Assembly (NCBI GenBank): GCA_024686335.1
Contig: JAILCI010000024.1
Span: 50,024-114,023 of the forward strand
From: Bacteroidales bacterium
GTDB taxonomy: Bacteria > Bacteroidota > Bacteroidia > Bacteroidales > WCHB1-69
Direction: 5' to 3'
DNA length: 64,000 nucleotides
Of the stretch, positions 8,606 to 17,864 are shown piece by piece (the first letter of the stretch is position 1; each line of letters opens with the position of its first letter). The notes beneath the pieces were generated by a model. That model was not told where the DNA came from and did not search any database. It was given only the letters and a program-made list of their open reading frames with translations. A program made the position numbers and the translations under genes.

Positions 8606-9334
8606 ATGAAATATGCATTAATAACAGGCGGTTCGCGAGGCATCGGCCGTGCCGTGGCTCTGCGTTTGTCGCAGCAGGGACTTCCCGTGATTGTTAACTA
8701 TGTCAGCAACGATGCTGCCGCTGAGGAGACCAAACAGATGGTCGAGGCGCAGGGAGGCAAATGCGAGTTGCTGAAATTCGACATCGCTGACAAGCAGGCT
8801 GTGGAAGCTGCCTTACAGCAATGGGAGGCTGCCCACCCGGAGGATTTTATCTCCGTGCTGGTCAACAACGCTGGCACCCGCCGCGACAATCTGATGATCA
8901 TGATGAGTGACGAGGATTGGCACAGCGTCATCGACACACCACTGAATGGCTTTTTCTATATCACCCGTCGTCTGGTGAAGACGATGCTCACGCACCGTGA
9001 GGGCCGCATCATCAACATGGCGTCGCTCTCCGGCTTGAAGGGCGTTCCCGGTCAGACCAACTACAGCGCTGCCAAGGCTGCCATTATTGGCGCCACGAAG
9101 GCATTAGCCCAGGAGGTTGCCAAGCGCAAGATCACTGTCAATGCTGTTGCTCCTGGCTTCATCGCCACTGACATGACGGCCGAGTTGGATGCCGAGGCTC
9201 TCAGCAAGATGATCCCCGCTGCCCGCTTCGGCACCCCCGAAGAGGTCGCCGCCGTCGTTGCTTTTCTGGCCTCTCCCGAGGCTTCATATGTGACGGGCCA
9301 GGTGATTCAGGTGAACGGAGGGTTGTACAGTTGA
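8606..9334 (+). CDS. fabG: 3-oxoacyl-[ACP] reductase (SDR family)
   Basis: 242 aa. It has ITGGSRGIGRAVA (TGxxxGxG), NNAG, the S-Y-K triad context NYSAAKAA and the C-terminal GQVIQVNGGLY. A TAtcTTTG box lies at 8546-8553. Confidence 0.9.
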   Translation: MKYALITGGSRGIGRAVALRLSQQGLPVIVNYVSNDAAAEETKQMVEAQGGKCELLKFDIADKQAVEAALQQWEAAHPEDFISVLVNNAGTRRDNLMIMMSDEDWHSVIDTPLNGFFYITRRLVKTMLTHREGRIINMASLSGLKGVPGQTNYSAAKAAIIGATKALAQEVAKRKITVNAVAPGFIATDMTAELDAEALSKMIPAARFGTPEEVAAVVAFLASPEASYVTGQVIQVNGGLYS

Positions 9335-9453
9335 TAGTTGACAGTTGATAGTTGATAGTTGACAGTTATCAGTTATCAGTTATCAGTTATCAGTTATCAG
9401 TTATTAGTTGATAGTTATTAGTTGTCAGTTATTAGTTGATAGTTGACAGTTGA
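9329..9453. repeat. Tandem 8-mer array (AGTTGATA / AGTTATC / AGTTGACA variants)
   Basis: About 15 consecutive 7-8-nt units begin inside the last codons and stop codon of fabG. The same kind of array accompanies other copies of the composite repeat. Confidence 0.9.
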
Positions 9454-9454
9454 A

Positions 9455-9493
9455 GTGCGGGTGTATTTTGTAGAGACGTTCCATGGAACGTCT
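9455..9493 (-). repeat. Composite intergenic repeat copy (arm + palindrome)
   Basis: GTGCGGGTGTATTTTGTA followed by the 20-bp perfect palindrome AGACGTTCCATGGAACGTCT (9474-9493). Confidence 0.9.
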
Positions 9494-9526
9494 AAAACCC
9501 TAAATTTTAAATTTGAGTAGTTTTCT

Positions 9527-12460
9527 CTATAGTACAGTAATACTTCCTCTAAACAGATAGGGTCGTCCGTTGTGGTCTTTGCAATGGATGATGTAGTTGT
9601 AGACGGTATTGGGCATCAGTTGCCCGTTTGTAGTGCCGTCCCAGACGAATTGTGTGCTGTTGGAGGAGAAGACCAACTCGCCCCAGCGGTTGTAGATGGT
9701 GATGGAGAAATCTTCAATCTGCAGTTGCATATATTCAGAGAGATATAGCTGGTCGTTGAGGCCGTCGCCATTGCTGGGAGTGATGGCGTTTGGCAGGTAT
9801 AAGGTCAACGGGCAGTAAGGAATCATGATGTGTCGCGTGCTCATGCAGGCGATGTTGCTGGCGGTGACCTGATAGAAGCCGCCGTGCGTTACATCTATGG
9901 AGGTGCCTGTCTCGCCGGTATTCCAGATATAGTTGTCGAAGTTGAGACCGTCAGCTATCAAGGTGGTCTCCTGCGTCAGGCAGAATTCCGGGTTGGTGGA
10001 GGTCAACGTCAGGGCGGTGTCGATGACCGTCAGGTGCAGTGTGACCGCGCTGTCGCATTCGTGCTGCGAGGTGAAGATATGGTAATATTCTCCTGACTCA
10101 TCAAAGATCTCTCCATGCCACGGATAATAACCGCAGGCGTTTTCCCAGACCTCGTTCTCTTCAGGATATCCGATGGAGAGGTGCAATGTGATGAGGCTGT
10201 CGCACCCTTTCTCCGTCTGATAGAGTTTGTCATAATCGCCGCTCTCTGTGTAGATGTTGCCTTCCCATTCATACTCCATGCAGGCGAATTTCTGGATGTG
10301 CTCGTGGTATTTTGGCAGTATATTCAGATGCAGGAGGATGAGGCTGTCGCACCCGCCGACGCCCGTGAGCGTGCGCGTGGTGGAGTACTCTTCCAAACCT
10401 TCCAGTGTGGCAGCAGGAATGTCGAAGCCATTGCTGGTGTAGGGTTGCCCTGCGCAAATCTCATCGGTTAGCGGAGTCTCTGTGGTCTCCACAATGCTCA
10501 CCATGACGGTATCACTGCTGGAGCACAGCATCTGGCCGTCATGAAGAATCCGGGCGGTGAGCACATATTCGCCCGCCGTAGAGGTGGTCAGACTGGAGGT
10601 GCTATTTCCCGTATTCCAGAGATAGCTGTATTGATAATTGGTACTTGAGGGTGCCAAAGTGATGCTCTGTTCTTCGCAGATGTTACGATCAGCTCCAAGA
10701 TCTACCGTCGGGATGTCATGAATCGTAAGCGTGAAAGTGGTGTCGTAGGCACAGCCAAAGTCATCCGTGATATGGAAGTTGTAGGATTGCTGACCTGCAG
10801 AGAGCGCTGTTATCGTGTTGCCTGTAACTCCGTTTCCTGTGAAATAGCTGGAGTCCACGTTGACCTCATAAGACCAGTTCTGAGGTAGCAGTTCCGGGTT
10901 GAGCGCCAACTCCCATTCCACGATATAACCGTTGTCCTCATTCTCCAAATCCTGAACCTGAATGTACCAGTTGCCGTTGAGCGGACAACCGATGAGCGTA
11001 GAGAAATTTTGGTGCGGATGATATATCTGCGTCATATTGGCCACGTTGGAGGAGTCTATGCAGGGGTGATAGCTGCCGTCGTCCCAATGCGGGTTGTACT
11101 GGCTGTGGATGTTGGAGTTGTCGTAAAGACCACCGTTGCCAGAGGCGTAGATATAACCGAGGCTGGTGTTGTTGGACCATACGTAGTTCCACGGTTCTCC
11201 CATGGGATTTAGCGACGGGTCGCAGGTGCCACCGTCAGGACGATATGCGCGTCCCAGGTTTATACGGTAGAGTCCGGCGATCCAATCGGAGTCGTAGTTG
11301 GGGTGGGGCAGGATGGTGGCGTTTTGGCCGTTGGGACAGTAGATCTTGATCTTGAGATCCTCAATGGCGGAGTGCTCCATCTTGATGCGTACGTACAGCA
11401 GGTCGTTGGCATTGGCTATTGTGGCTCCGTTGGCAAAGTCTGTGAAGGTCACGTCGGAGCGGTAGTAGGTGCCGTAGGGCGGACAACTGATGCCGTCAGG
11501 AAGGAAGACCGTGTCTTGGATAATCAGAGACGTGTGTTGTGTGTAGCTGACGTCCTGCAGCTGGAATTGTGAAGTGGTATTGTAGCCTATGCTCGGCGTT
11601 ATAGACTGACCTACACACAGTTGTGGAAGGTTTTGGATAGTCTGTAACGGATTTTTGGAGGTGCGCAGTCTAAAAGCGATGGGCTGGAAGGCGGGACATG
11701 TCAGTGAGTCTGATGCGATGATGGAGATGTCATAGCCATGAGCATCCTCAAACTGATAGTTTAGGGAAGTGAGTCCTAAACCACTGATAGTCGTATCGTT
11801 ACCCAGTTTCCAAGTGAACTGCGTCGTCGCATCTTGTTGCCCGTAGCCATGGGTGTTGCTGTTCGGATAGATGCCTTTGACACCGAAATGAACGGTCTCG
11901 CCTGGACAAAGGTCGAGGTAGTAATATTGCTCCTCCGTATTCAGAACGGGCAGATTGGAACACTGGGCAGTATCAAAGACTATTTGATAGGTTTGGCATA
12001 CCGGTGTGCAGGTGGCGTGGAGTTGAAATCCAGAACCATGATTGAGACCATGCATGGTTGAGAAGTTGGTACTCTTGAAACGCAGTGTTAGAGCGCCGCT
12101 GGCATTCTCAGGACTGGCGGTGTAGGTCTGTGTTAGTCCGCTAGTCTGGTTGTTGTTGTTCATCCAAACCATCGGTGTGCCAGTTGCTGTGTTGCCGTCG
12201 TAGATGAGCAGGGTGTCGTTCTGATGTATGTCAATGTTGATCACCTCCAATGAGATACTGCCTTGGTTGGCGGTCGGATAGATAGTCAGGGTCTGGTTGA
12301 GATTTGGAGTGTAATAGCCATTTGCTCCACCATTATCGTAGATGTTGTAGTCGCATCCAATGATATTGCTCACCGAGCCCATGTTGACATTGGGCTGGGC
12401 TGCAAGGTGTGTGCCAAGTGCCATGAACAGTAAAGCGATTATGACAGCAATTTTATTCAT
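9527..12460 (-). CDS. Large secreted protein with T9SS type-B (gliding-motility-associated) C-terminal sorting domain
   Basis: The true start is probably ATG 12460 (MNKIAVIIALLFMALGTHLAAQ signal peptide), not 12574, which would overlap aroE. The N-terminus is CUB-like (TLLIYDGNTATG). The middle has a convertase P-domain-like segment (IEDLKIKIYCPNGQ) and repeated Cys-containing modules. The C-terminus is YLPNAITPSNGDGLNDQL...IYNRWGELVF...FVWDG. Confidence 0.85.
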   Translation of the reverse strand: MNKIAVIIALLFMALGTHLAAQPNVNMGSVSNIIGCDYNIYDNGGANGYYTPNLNQTLTIYPTANQGSISLEVINIDIHQNDTLLIYDGNTATGTPMVWMNNNNQTSGLTQTYTASPENASGALTLRFKSTNFSTMHGLNHGSGFQLHATCTPVCQTYQIVFDTAQCSNLPVLNTEEQYYYLDLCPGETVHFGVKGIYPNSNTHGYGQQDATTQFTWKLGNDTTISGLGLTSLNYQFEDAHGYDISIIASDSLTCPAFQPIAFRLRTSKNPLQTIQNLPQLCVGQSITPSIGYNTTSQFQLQDVSYTQHTSLIIQDTVFLPDGISCPPYGTYYRSDVTFTDFANGATIANANDLLYVRIKMEHSAIEDLKIKIYCPNGQNATILPHPNYDSDWIAGLYRINLGRAYRPDGGTCDPSLNPMGEPWNYVWSNNTSLGYIYASGNGGLYDNSNIHSQYNPHWDDGSYHPCIDSSNVANMTQIYHPHQNFSTLIGCPLNGNWYIQVQDLENEDNGYIVEWELALNPELLPQNWSYEVNVDSSYFTGNGVTGNTITALSAGQQSYNFHITDDFGCAYDTTFTLTIHDIPTVDLGADRNICEEQSITLAPSSTNYQYSYLWNTGNSTSSLTTSTAGEYVLTARILHDGQMLCSSSDTVMVSIVETTETPLTDEICAGQPYTSNGFDIPAATLEGLEEYSTTRTLTGVGGCDSLILLHLNILPKYHEHIQKFACMEYEWEGNIYTESGDYDKLYQTEKGCDSLITLHLSIGYPEENEVWENACGYYPWHGEIFDESGEYYHIFTSQHECDSAVTLHLTVIDTALTLTSTNPEFCLTQETTLIADGLNFDNYIWNTGETGTSIDVTHGGFYQVTASNIACMSTRHIMIPYCPLTLYLPNAITPSNGDGLNDQLYLSEYMQLQIEDFSITIYNRWGELVFSSNSTQFVWDGTTNGQLMPNTVYNYIIHCKDHNGRPYLFRGSITVL

Positions 12461-12489
12461 AGATGCGGTGAAGCGAAAAAGCAAAAGGT

Positions 12490-13242
12490 CTATTTGAGGA
12501 GGTTTCGGTTGAAGATGTCCCAGGAGATGTCTGCCTGTGCGTGGAGCATCGGCAGTCCGTTCATCGTCTGGCATCCTCGGTCGGCGCCTTGTCTCAAGAA
12601 GAGAGTCTGTGCAGGGTTATATACGAGGTCGTAGAGAAAATGGTCGGGAGTAAGAAGGTGGTAGGGCAGGGGTGGGCACTCGTTGTCGTGGAGCCCCGCT
12701 GTGCCCAGGGGAGTAGAGTTGACGATGAGTCCGTGATTGCGCAGGCAGGTCTCGTCGATGTCATCATAGCAGAGTGTCTCGTGGTTTTTGTGACGTGAGA
12801 CAAGTTGGTACGAGATGCCAAGTTTTTGAAGTGCATAGACGACGGCGCGAGAAGCACCGCCAGTGCCGAGGATGAGTGCTCGTTTGGGCAGCTCTTTGCC
12901 AATTAGTGTGGCGTGGAACCCTTGCCAGTCGCTATTGTGCCCGGCCAGGATAATCTCGTCTTCTTCATAGGTGACGCTGACCACGTTGACGGCTCCAATC
13001 TGACGGGCGTCATCATCGATATGGTGTAGAAATGGAATGATCGACTCTTTGTATGGGAAAGTGACGTTGAATCCTTCCAAATATGGATGTTCGGTCAAAA
13101 AAGCAGGTAACTCCTCGATGGAGGTCAACTCAAAGAGTCGGTAAGCGCAGTCTTGAAGACCCGCTTGCTGAAACTTCTGCTCGTAATATGCTGGCGATGC
13201 ACTGTGTTTCAGGGTTCTGCCGATCAGTCCGAACAGTCGCAT
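12490..13242 (-). CDS. aroE: Shikimate dehydrogenase
   Basis: 250 aa. Motifs: LFGLIGRTLKHSASPAYYEQKF, FNVTFPYKESI, GAVNVV, HNSDWQGF and LILGTGGASRAV. Confidence 0.9.
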   Translation of the reverse strand: MRLFGLIGRTLKHSASPAYYEQKFQQAGLQDCAYRLFELTSIEELPAFLTEHPYLEGFNVTFPYKESIIPFLHHIDDDARQIGAVNVVSVTYEEDEIILAGHNSDWQGFHATLIGKELPKRALILGTGGASRAVVYALQKLGISYQLVSRHKNHETLCYDDIDETCLRNHGLIVNSTPLGTAGLHDNECPPLPYHLLTPDHFLYDLVYNPAQTLFLRQGADRGCQTMNGLPMLHAQADISWDIFNRNLLK

Positions 13243-13244
13243 GA

Positions 13245-14045
13245 TTATGCCTCTTCGACTTTTTCAGTAGTGTTTTCCTCTACGCTTTCAGGGTTGACTT
13301 TTGCCGCGCGGGAACTCTTGACACCCTTGTAGATGAGATAACCTACGAATGCAAAGCAGAGAATCCAGAGGACGATCTTCAGTTCGCTGTTATATTGTTC
13401 GATAAGGTCTTGCTGGCCATGGGCGAGATATCCCAAAAAGGCCAGGATGGTGTTCCATAGAGAGGCACCGATGGCGGTGAAGAGGATGAAGACACCGAAG
13501 TTCATCTTGGCAAGACCTGCCGGGATGGAGATGAGTTGTCGGATGGCTGGGATCAAGCGCCCGATGAGGGTGGAACTCTTGCCATGCTCGATGAAGTAGT
13601 CTTCGGCTTTCTTGATTTTTGCACTGTTGAGCAGCAACAGATGTCCTACCTTGCTGTCGGCGAACCAATAGACGATGGGGCGACCCAATAGCAATGCAAG
13701 AAAATAGTTGATGGTTGCTCCAAGTAGTGCTCCAAGCGTAGAGAAAAGGATGACTAGCAGCACATTGACGACTTTTGAGGAGGTCGTGAAGAGTGCGGTG
13801 TTATCGGCATTGCACGCCTGATAGGCTGCCGGAGGAACAATTACTTCCGAGGGAAAGGGGATGAAGGAACTTTCGATGGTCATCAAGAGGGTGACGGTGC
13901 CGTAGTTCAAATGCCCATTATACCAATTGATCACCTTGTCAGTGACAGACATCTTCTGTTCTGCCACCTTCGTGGAGTCCGTCTGGCAAAATGAAACGGC
14001 AGCAATACCGAGAATTGCGATGACTAAAAGAATTTTTTTTCTCAT
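13245..14045 (-). CDS. DedA/VTT-domain membrane protein
   Basis: The ATG at 14045 gives MRKKILLVIAILGIAAVSF. The family signature is YFIEHGKSSTLIGRLIPAIRQLISIPAGLAKMNF. The track start 14108 would overlap the upstream TPR gene. Confidence 0.8.
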   Translation of the reverse strand: MRKKILLVIAILGIAAVSFCQTDSTKVAEQKMSVTDKVINWYNGHLNYGTVTLLMTIESSFIPFPSEVIVPPAAYQACNADNTALFTTSSKVVNVLLVILFSTLGALLGATINYFLALLLGRPIVYWFADSKVGHLLLLNSAKIKKAEDYFIEHGKSSTLIGRLIPAIRQLISIPAGLAKMNFGVFILFTAIGASLWNTILAFLGYLAHGQQDLIEQYNSELKIVLWILCFAFVGYLIYKGVKSSRAAKVNPESVEENTTEKVEEA

Positions 14046-14052
14046 ATATGGA

Positions 14053-15561
14053 TTAATCAAATGTGAAATCAAAGAAATATTCGTCGGCGGCGTCATCAGA
14101 ATCGTCAAAAAGATTTACGACGCCTTCTGGGTCGTCGGGTATCTCCAGGTTGAATTCCTGCGCAATCTCACGGAGAGGAATCAGATCATACGGTTTTGCC
14201 GACATGTAGTAGAAATCCTCAAATTCTGATTGTGTCATGGCACCGAAGGCTCTTTCGATATGGTCACGGCCTTTGGCATTCCACTCTTTCTCAAGGTAGA
14301 AGATTCCCAGGCAATATTGTATGTAGGTATCGTTGATGACAGATTCCTGGAATTTGTTCATAATGTCGATGCCGAGGTCAAAGGCTTCAGGCGTATCGTA
14401 ATAGTAGATGAGTTGGAGAATGAGCCGGAAGAAGTTGTATTCAGAGTTGTCTTCGGTGAAAAGTCTCTCAAGAATGTCCAGAATTTCATCATGATCTTTG
14501 TCGGGTTCCAGAAGCATGAGCAGTCTGGGTGCGAGAGTTGCGATGACCGTGGATTGGTTCTCTTCGGCGAAGTATTTCCGCAGCAGGTTCTGAGCCATCG
14601 GAATGTTGTCCATGGCGCGGCATACCTTGACAATCTCTTCAAATTTGAAGATGTAGAGAGGGTCGTTCTGATCTGCGTCGATGAAAATCTGGAGTGCCTT
14701 GTCGTATTTTTTCATGCGATAGTAGCACTTTCCAATTAGGATGTCTACCGGGTAGAGGTTGGCATGTTGGAACTCCACATATTGCTGGAGCGCGTTGTCA
14801 TAGTCTCCCATACGGTAGTAACAGTCGGCCAGGTTGAAGAGGATATGCTGGTTGTCAGGGTTCAAGGAGTATTGGAATTGGAAAGCATTGAGAGCCTCTT
14901 TTGTGCGGTTCAGGCAGTAGTAGGCCATGCCCAGCATGTGCCAAGTGTCTTCTTGCATTGGATATTCGTCGGTCAGTGCCGTCAACAGTTCTACGAGCTT
15001 CTCCCCATCAAAAGACTTGAAGTTGGGGAAGATGAGAATCTCCATGTTGGCAAGTGTCTGCTTGTCTTGACTGATGGCTGTTTGAATATGAGAAAGAGCT
15101 GCGTTGACATCTTTTTTCTTGAGAAATTCTAGAGCCAAGAGTGCGTGGGCCTCGGGCAACTCATAGTTCAGCGAGATGGCCTTGTCGAGCAGTTGGAAAG
15201 TGTCCACCTCTTTATGGGTTAGTTGGGCAAGGATGACCTCTTCCACATATGCCTCCGGCACGTTAGGGTGCAGCTGCTTGATCTGCTGAAGTTCTTGGTC
15301 TGCCTCCGGATAGTATCCCTGGAGAGCGGAGAACTTCGCGTGTAGCAGTTGAAACACGGGATCGTCAGGAAAGAGTCTGAAGGCCACGTCAAAGCCCTGT
15401 TGCACTTTTTCAATGTTGAAAAGGTCTATATAATAGGATATCACATCGAAGAGGTCTTCACTGTCCATGTAAAACCCTTCAAAGTCCTCGTCAGCCGCCT
15501 GGGCGAATCTCTCCAGCAATGCGTCAAATTCCAAATCGTCTTCCTCGTCGTCTGTATGCAT
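14053..15561 (-). CDS. TPR-repeat protein
   Basis: 502 aa, acidic, with many TPR-like A-x-x-x-Y...P repeats (MGDYDNALQQYVEF, KKYDKALQIFIDA). Confidence 0.75.
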   Translation of the reverse strand: MHTDDEEDDLEFDALLERFAQAADEDFEGFYMDSEDLFDVISYYIDLFNIEKVQQGFDVAFRLFPDDPVFQLLHAKFSALQGYYPEADQELQQIKQLHPNVPEAYVEEVILAQLTHKEVDTFQLLDKAISLNYELPEAHALLALEFLKKKDVNAALSHIQTAISQDKQTLANMEILIFPNFKSFDGEKLVELLTALTDEYPMQEDTWHMLGMAYYCLNRTKEALNAFQFQYSLNPDNQHILFNLADCYYRMGDYDNALQQYVEFQHANLYPVDILIGKCYYRMKKYDKALQIFIDADQNDPLYIFKFEEIVKVCRAMDNIPMAQNLLRKYFAEENQSTVIATLAPRLLMLLEPDKDHDEILDILERLFTEDNSEYNFFRLILQLIYYYDTPEAFDLGIDIMNKFQESVINDTYIQYCLGIFYLEKEWNAKGRDHIERAFGAMTQSEFEDFYYMSAKPYDLIPLREIAQEFNLEIPDDPEGVVNLFDDSDDAADEYFFDFTFD

Positions 15562-15583
15562 GGAATTAATTTTTTTAAGGGTG

Positions 15584-15611
15584 CAAAGATACTTCTTTTT
15601 TTATATCTTTG
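15584..15611. promoter_or_regulatory. Back-to-back -7 boxes for the TPR gene and the DRTGG operon
   Basis: The minus strand has TAtcTTTG (plus coordinates 15584-15591) and the plus strand has TAtcTTTG at 15604-15611. Confidence 0.55.
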
Positions 15612-15660
15612 CGGATTATATTCATTCATAGTTATTAACAAACAAATTTAAGGTTTTATC

Positions 15661-16008
15661 ATGACATTAAAAGAGATTGCGTCATTGGTGCAGGCCGAGG
15701 TGATTACCGGTGAAGAGTTTATGGATCGCGAGGTCGAATGCGTCTTCGCTTCTGACTTGATGAGCGACGTGCTCACTATCAAAGATCACGATGGTCTGCT
15801 ACTGTTGACAGGACTTTGTAATCTTCAGTCAATGCGTACTTGCGAGATGGCTGACATTCAGATGGTGTTGGTCGTCCGCGGCAAGGTGGTGACGGAAGAC
15901 ATGATTGAAATAGCCCAGGATAATGACATCGTAGTGATGTCTACCTCTTATTCTATGTACAAAACATCGGGTATCCTTTACAATGCAGAGATACCATCTA
16001 TCTATTAA
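15661..16008 (+). CDS. DRTGG-domain protein
   Basis: 115 aa. ASDLMSDVLT...LLLLTGLCNLQSMRTCEMADIQMVLVVRGK is typical of stand-alone DRTGG proteins. Confidence 0.75.
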   Translation: MTLKEIASLVQAEVITGEEFMDREVECVFASDLMSDVLTIKDHDGLLLLTGLCNLQSMRTCEMADIQMVLVVRGKVVTEDMIEIAQDNDIVVMSTSYSMYKTSGILYNAEIPSIY

Positions 16009-16022
16009 CAAAACAACTGCTT

Positions 16023-16436
16023 ATGGATTTTCAATATCATGTTGAGGGCGGAGACTTTACCAATGCGGGTTCCACATCCAGCGAGGTGAAGAGAATGCTC
16101 AAGAAATTAGGGGTTCGTCCGGATATCGTAAAGCGGACGGTCGTCGCTCTATATGAGGCGGAGGTCAACATCGTGGCTCATGCCTACCGTGGTGATATCT
16201 TCGTCGATCTGGAGGAAGACAAGGTGGCGATAACCCTTAAGGACGAAGGTCCCGGCATCCCTAATGTGGAGTGGGCAATGCAAAAAGGCAACTCCACGGC
16301 CTCTCCGAAGGTCCGTGAGATGGGCTTCGGCGCCGGTATGGGCCTGCCCAACATCCAAAACAATTCTGATGAGATGCATATCGACACTGAGGTCGGTGTG
16401 GGTACAACCATCAGTTTTGTCAACTACTTCGCGTAG
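16023..16436 (+). CDS. Anti-sigma-factor-type Ser/Thr kinase (HATPase_c, RsbW/SpoIIAB-like)
   Basis: 137 aa. It has the N box EAEVNIVAHAY and G boxes DEGPGIP and GFGAGMGLPNI. Confidence 0.8.
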   Translation: MDFQYHVEGGDFTNAGSTSSEVKRMLKKLGVRPDIVKRTVVALYEAEVNIVAHAYRGDIFVDLEEDKVAITLKDEGPGIPNVEWAMQKGNSTASPKVREMGFGAGMGLPNIQNNSDEMHIDTEVGVGTTISFVNYFA

Positions 16437-16483
16437 GTCTCATCCTAACGCGATGTTAAAATATTAATTAAAAACAACTTACT

Positions 16484-17860
16484 ATGCAAGATTTCCATCA
16501 CGCCCTAAAGTTCAAGTATGACCTCTGTATCGGATGCGCCCATTGCACAGGTGCGTGCCCGACCGGCGCCATACATGTGGATGACGGACACCCGCGTCTT
16601 GATCCGAACCGCTGCGTGGACTGTGGACGATGCTATATTGCCTGTCCCGTCAACGCCATCTATATCGAACAGGATGACTTCCAGACAGTGTACGACTGCA
16701 AGTACCCTGTTCTGCTCATGCCTTCCATATTCATGGCTCAGTTTGAAGAGAAGATCAAGGAGAAGACCATCTTGTCGGCTCTTTACCACATCGGCTTCAA
16801 GCATGTCTTTGAGGTTGAGAAGAGCGTGGACTTTATCAAGGCGGAGATGCAGCATCTTGATAATGAGAACGATGGAATGAAGCCAGTGATCTCTACTTTC
16901 TGTCCGGCTATCGTGCGACTGATACAGGTGAAGTTTCCGGTCTTGGTGCCCAACCTATATCTTTCTAAACCGCCATTGGACTTGACGGCCTTGTATATCA
17001 TTAAGTTGTTGACAGAAGAGGATAATATTCCCGCCGAGGACATTGGTATTTTCTATGTGACGCCTTGTGCAGCCAAGATCGCGGCTATCAAGAGTCCCGC
17101 TACTGAGGAGGAGTCGCCAGTGGCCAAGGTCATCAATATGAATTTCCTATATAGCAAGGTGATGCGTGTCATCAAGCAGGGTGAATATCAGCTCTGTGAA
17201 GACTCGCGTACCCGTTTCCATAGACTCTCCAAGTCGAGTCTTAACTTCACCCTCACAGGTGGCGAGGCCAGTCTGCTGAAAGAGGGTAGGAACTTGGCCA
17301 TCGATGGCATCCATAATGTCTCTGAATTTCTCGAGAAACTGGAGGATGAGGATATTCAGGATATCGACTTTTTGGAGTTGCGCGCCTGTGACGAGAGCTG
17401 CTCTGGTGGTATCTTGACGGCCAACAACCGTTTTCTGATGACCGAGCGCCAGCGCAAGCGTATGCAGAAATCCCCCGATGAGGTAGATTCTGAAGATAAC
17501 GACCTGCTCAATTACGTGGACTATCTTGCAGAACACAAGAAGGTTTTAGGACATGTGGAGCCCCGTTCCATGGAGAAGATGGACGATGACTTGGCCACGG
17601 CCATGCAAAAGATGAAGAAATCTTTCGAGATCAACCAGAACCTGCCGCAGGTAGATTGCAGGATTTGTGGATATCAGTCGTGCAAAGCCCTCTCGGAGGC
17701 TGTCGTGAAAGGCGACGCCGAGGTGGAGCAGTGCATCTTCATTCAACGTATTCTGGAGCATTGCGACAAGATGGATTTCGCAGAGTCCATGAAGGTGATG
17801 ACGAAGATCTGGGGCACGAAGAAGACGAGCTCGTCGATAGCGAAGAATCTGAATTTGTAG
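16484..17860 (+). CDS. [FeFe]-hydrogenase-like (Nar1/HydA-related) Fe-S protein with N-terminal 2x[4Fe-4S] ferredoxin and C-terminal Cys-rich FeS domain
   Basis: Two ferredoxin motifs: CIGCAHCTGACP and CVDCGRCYIACP. H-cluster-like segments are ISTFCPAIV, VTPCAAKIAA and ELRACDESCSGG, with one Cys of the TSCCP motif missing. The C-terminus is CRICGYQSCKALSEAVVKGDAEVEQC. Confidence 0.8.
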   Translation: MQDFHHALKFKYDLCIGCAHCTGACPTGAIHVDDGHPRLDPNRCVDCGRCYIACPVNAIYIEQDDFQTVYDCKYPVLLMPSIFMAQFEEKIKEKTILSALYHIGFKHVFEVEKSVDFIKAEMQHLDNENDGMKPVISTFCPAIVRLIQVKFPVLVPNLYLSKPPLDLTALYIIKLLTEEDNIPAEDIGIFYVTPCAAKIAAIKSPATEEESPVAKVINMNFLYSKVMRVIKQGEYQLCEDSRTRFHRLSKSSLNFTLTGGEASLLKEGRNLAIDGIHNVSEFLEKLEDEDIQDIDFLELRACDESCSGGILTANNRFLMTERQRKRMQKSPDEVDSEDNDLLNYVDYLAEHKKVLGHVEPRSMEKMDDDLATAMQKMKKSFEINQNLPQVDCRICGYQSCKALSEAVVKGDAEVEQCIFIQRILEHCDKMDFAESMKVMTKIWGTKKTSSSIAKNLNL

Positions 17861-17864
17861 AGCC

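Noticed and set aside
9329-9453. Tandem repeat arrays (also 30214-30316, 60111-60380, 62100-62145) as CRISPR arrays.
   Set aside because: Units are 7-17 nt with no unique spacers between them, and no cas genes are present.
12461-12574. N-terminal extensions of track ORFs: T9SS protein to 12574, DedA to 14108, EEP to 61280, tatA from 38747, lipoproteins from 51787 and 50231, coiled-coil protein from 7130, membrane protein to 56321.
   Set aside because: In every case an internal ATG is followed directly by a canonical signal peptide or family N-terminus. The extension overlaps a neighbouring gene or a repeat element.
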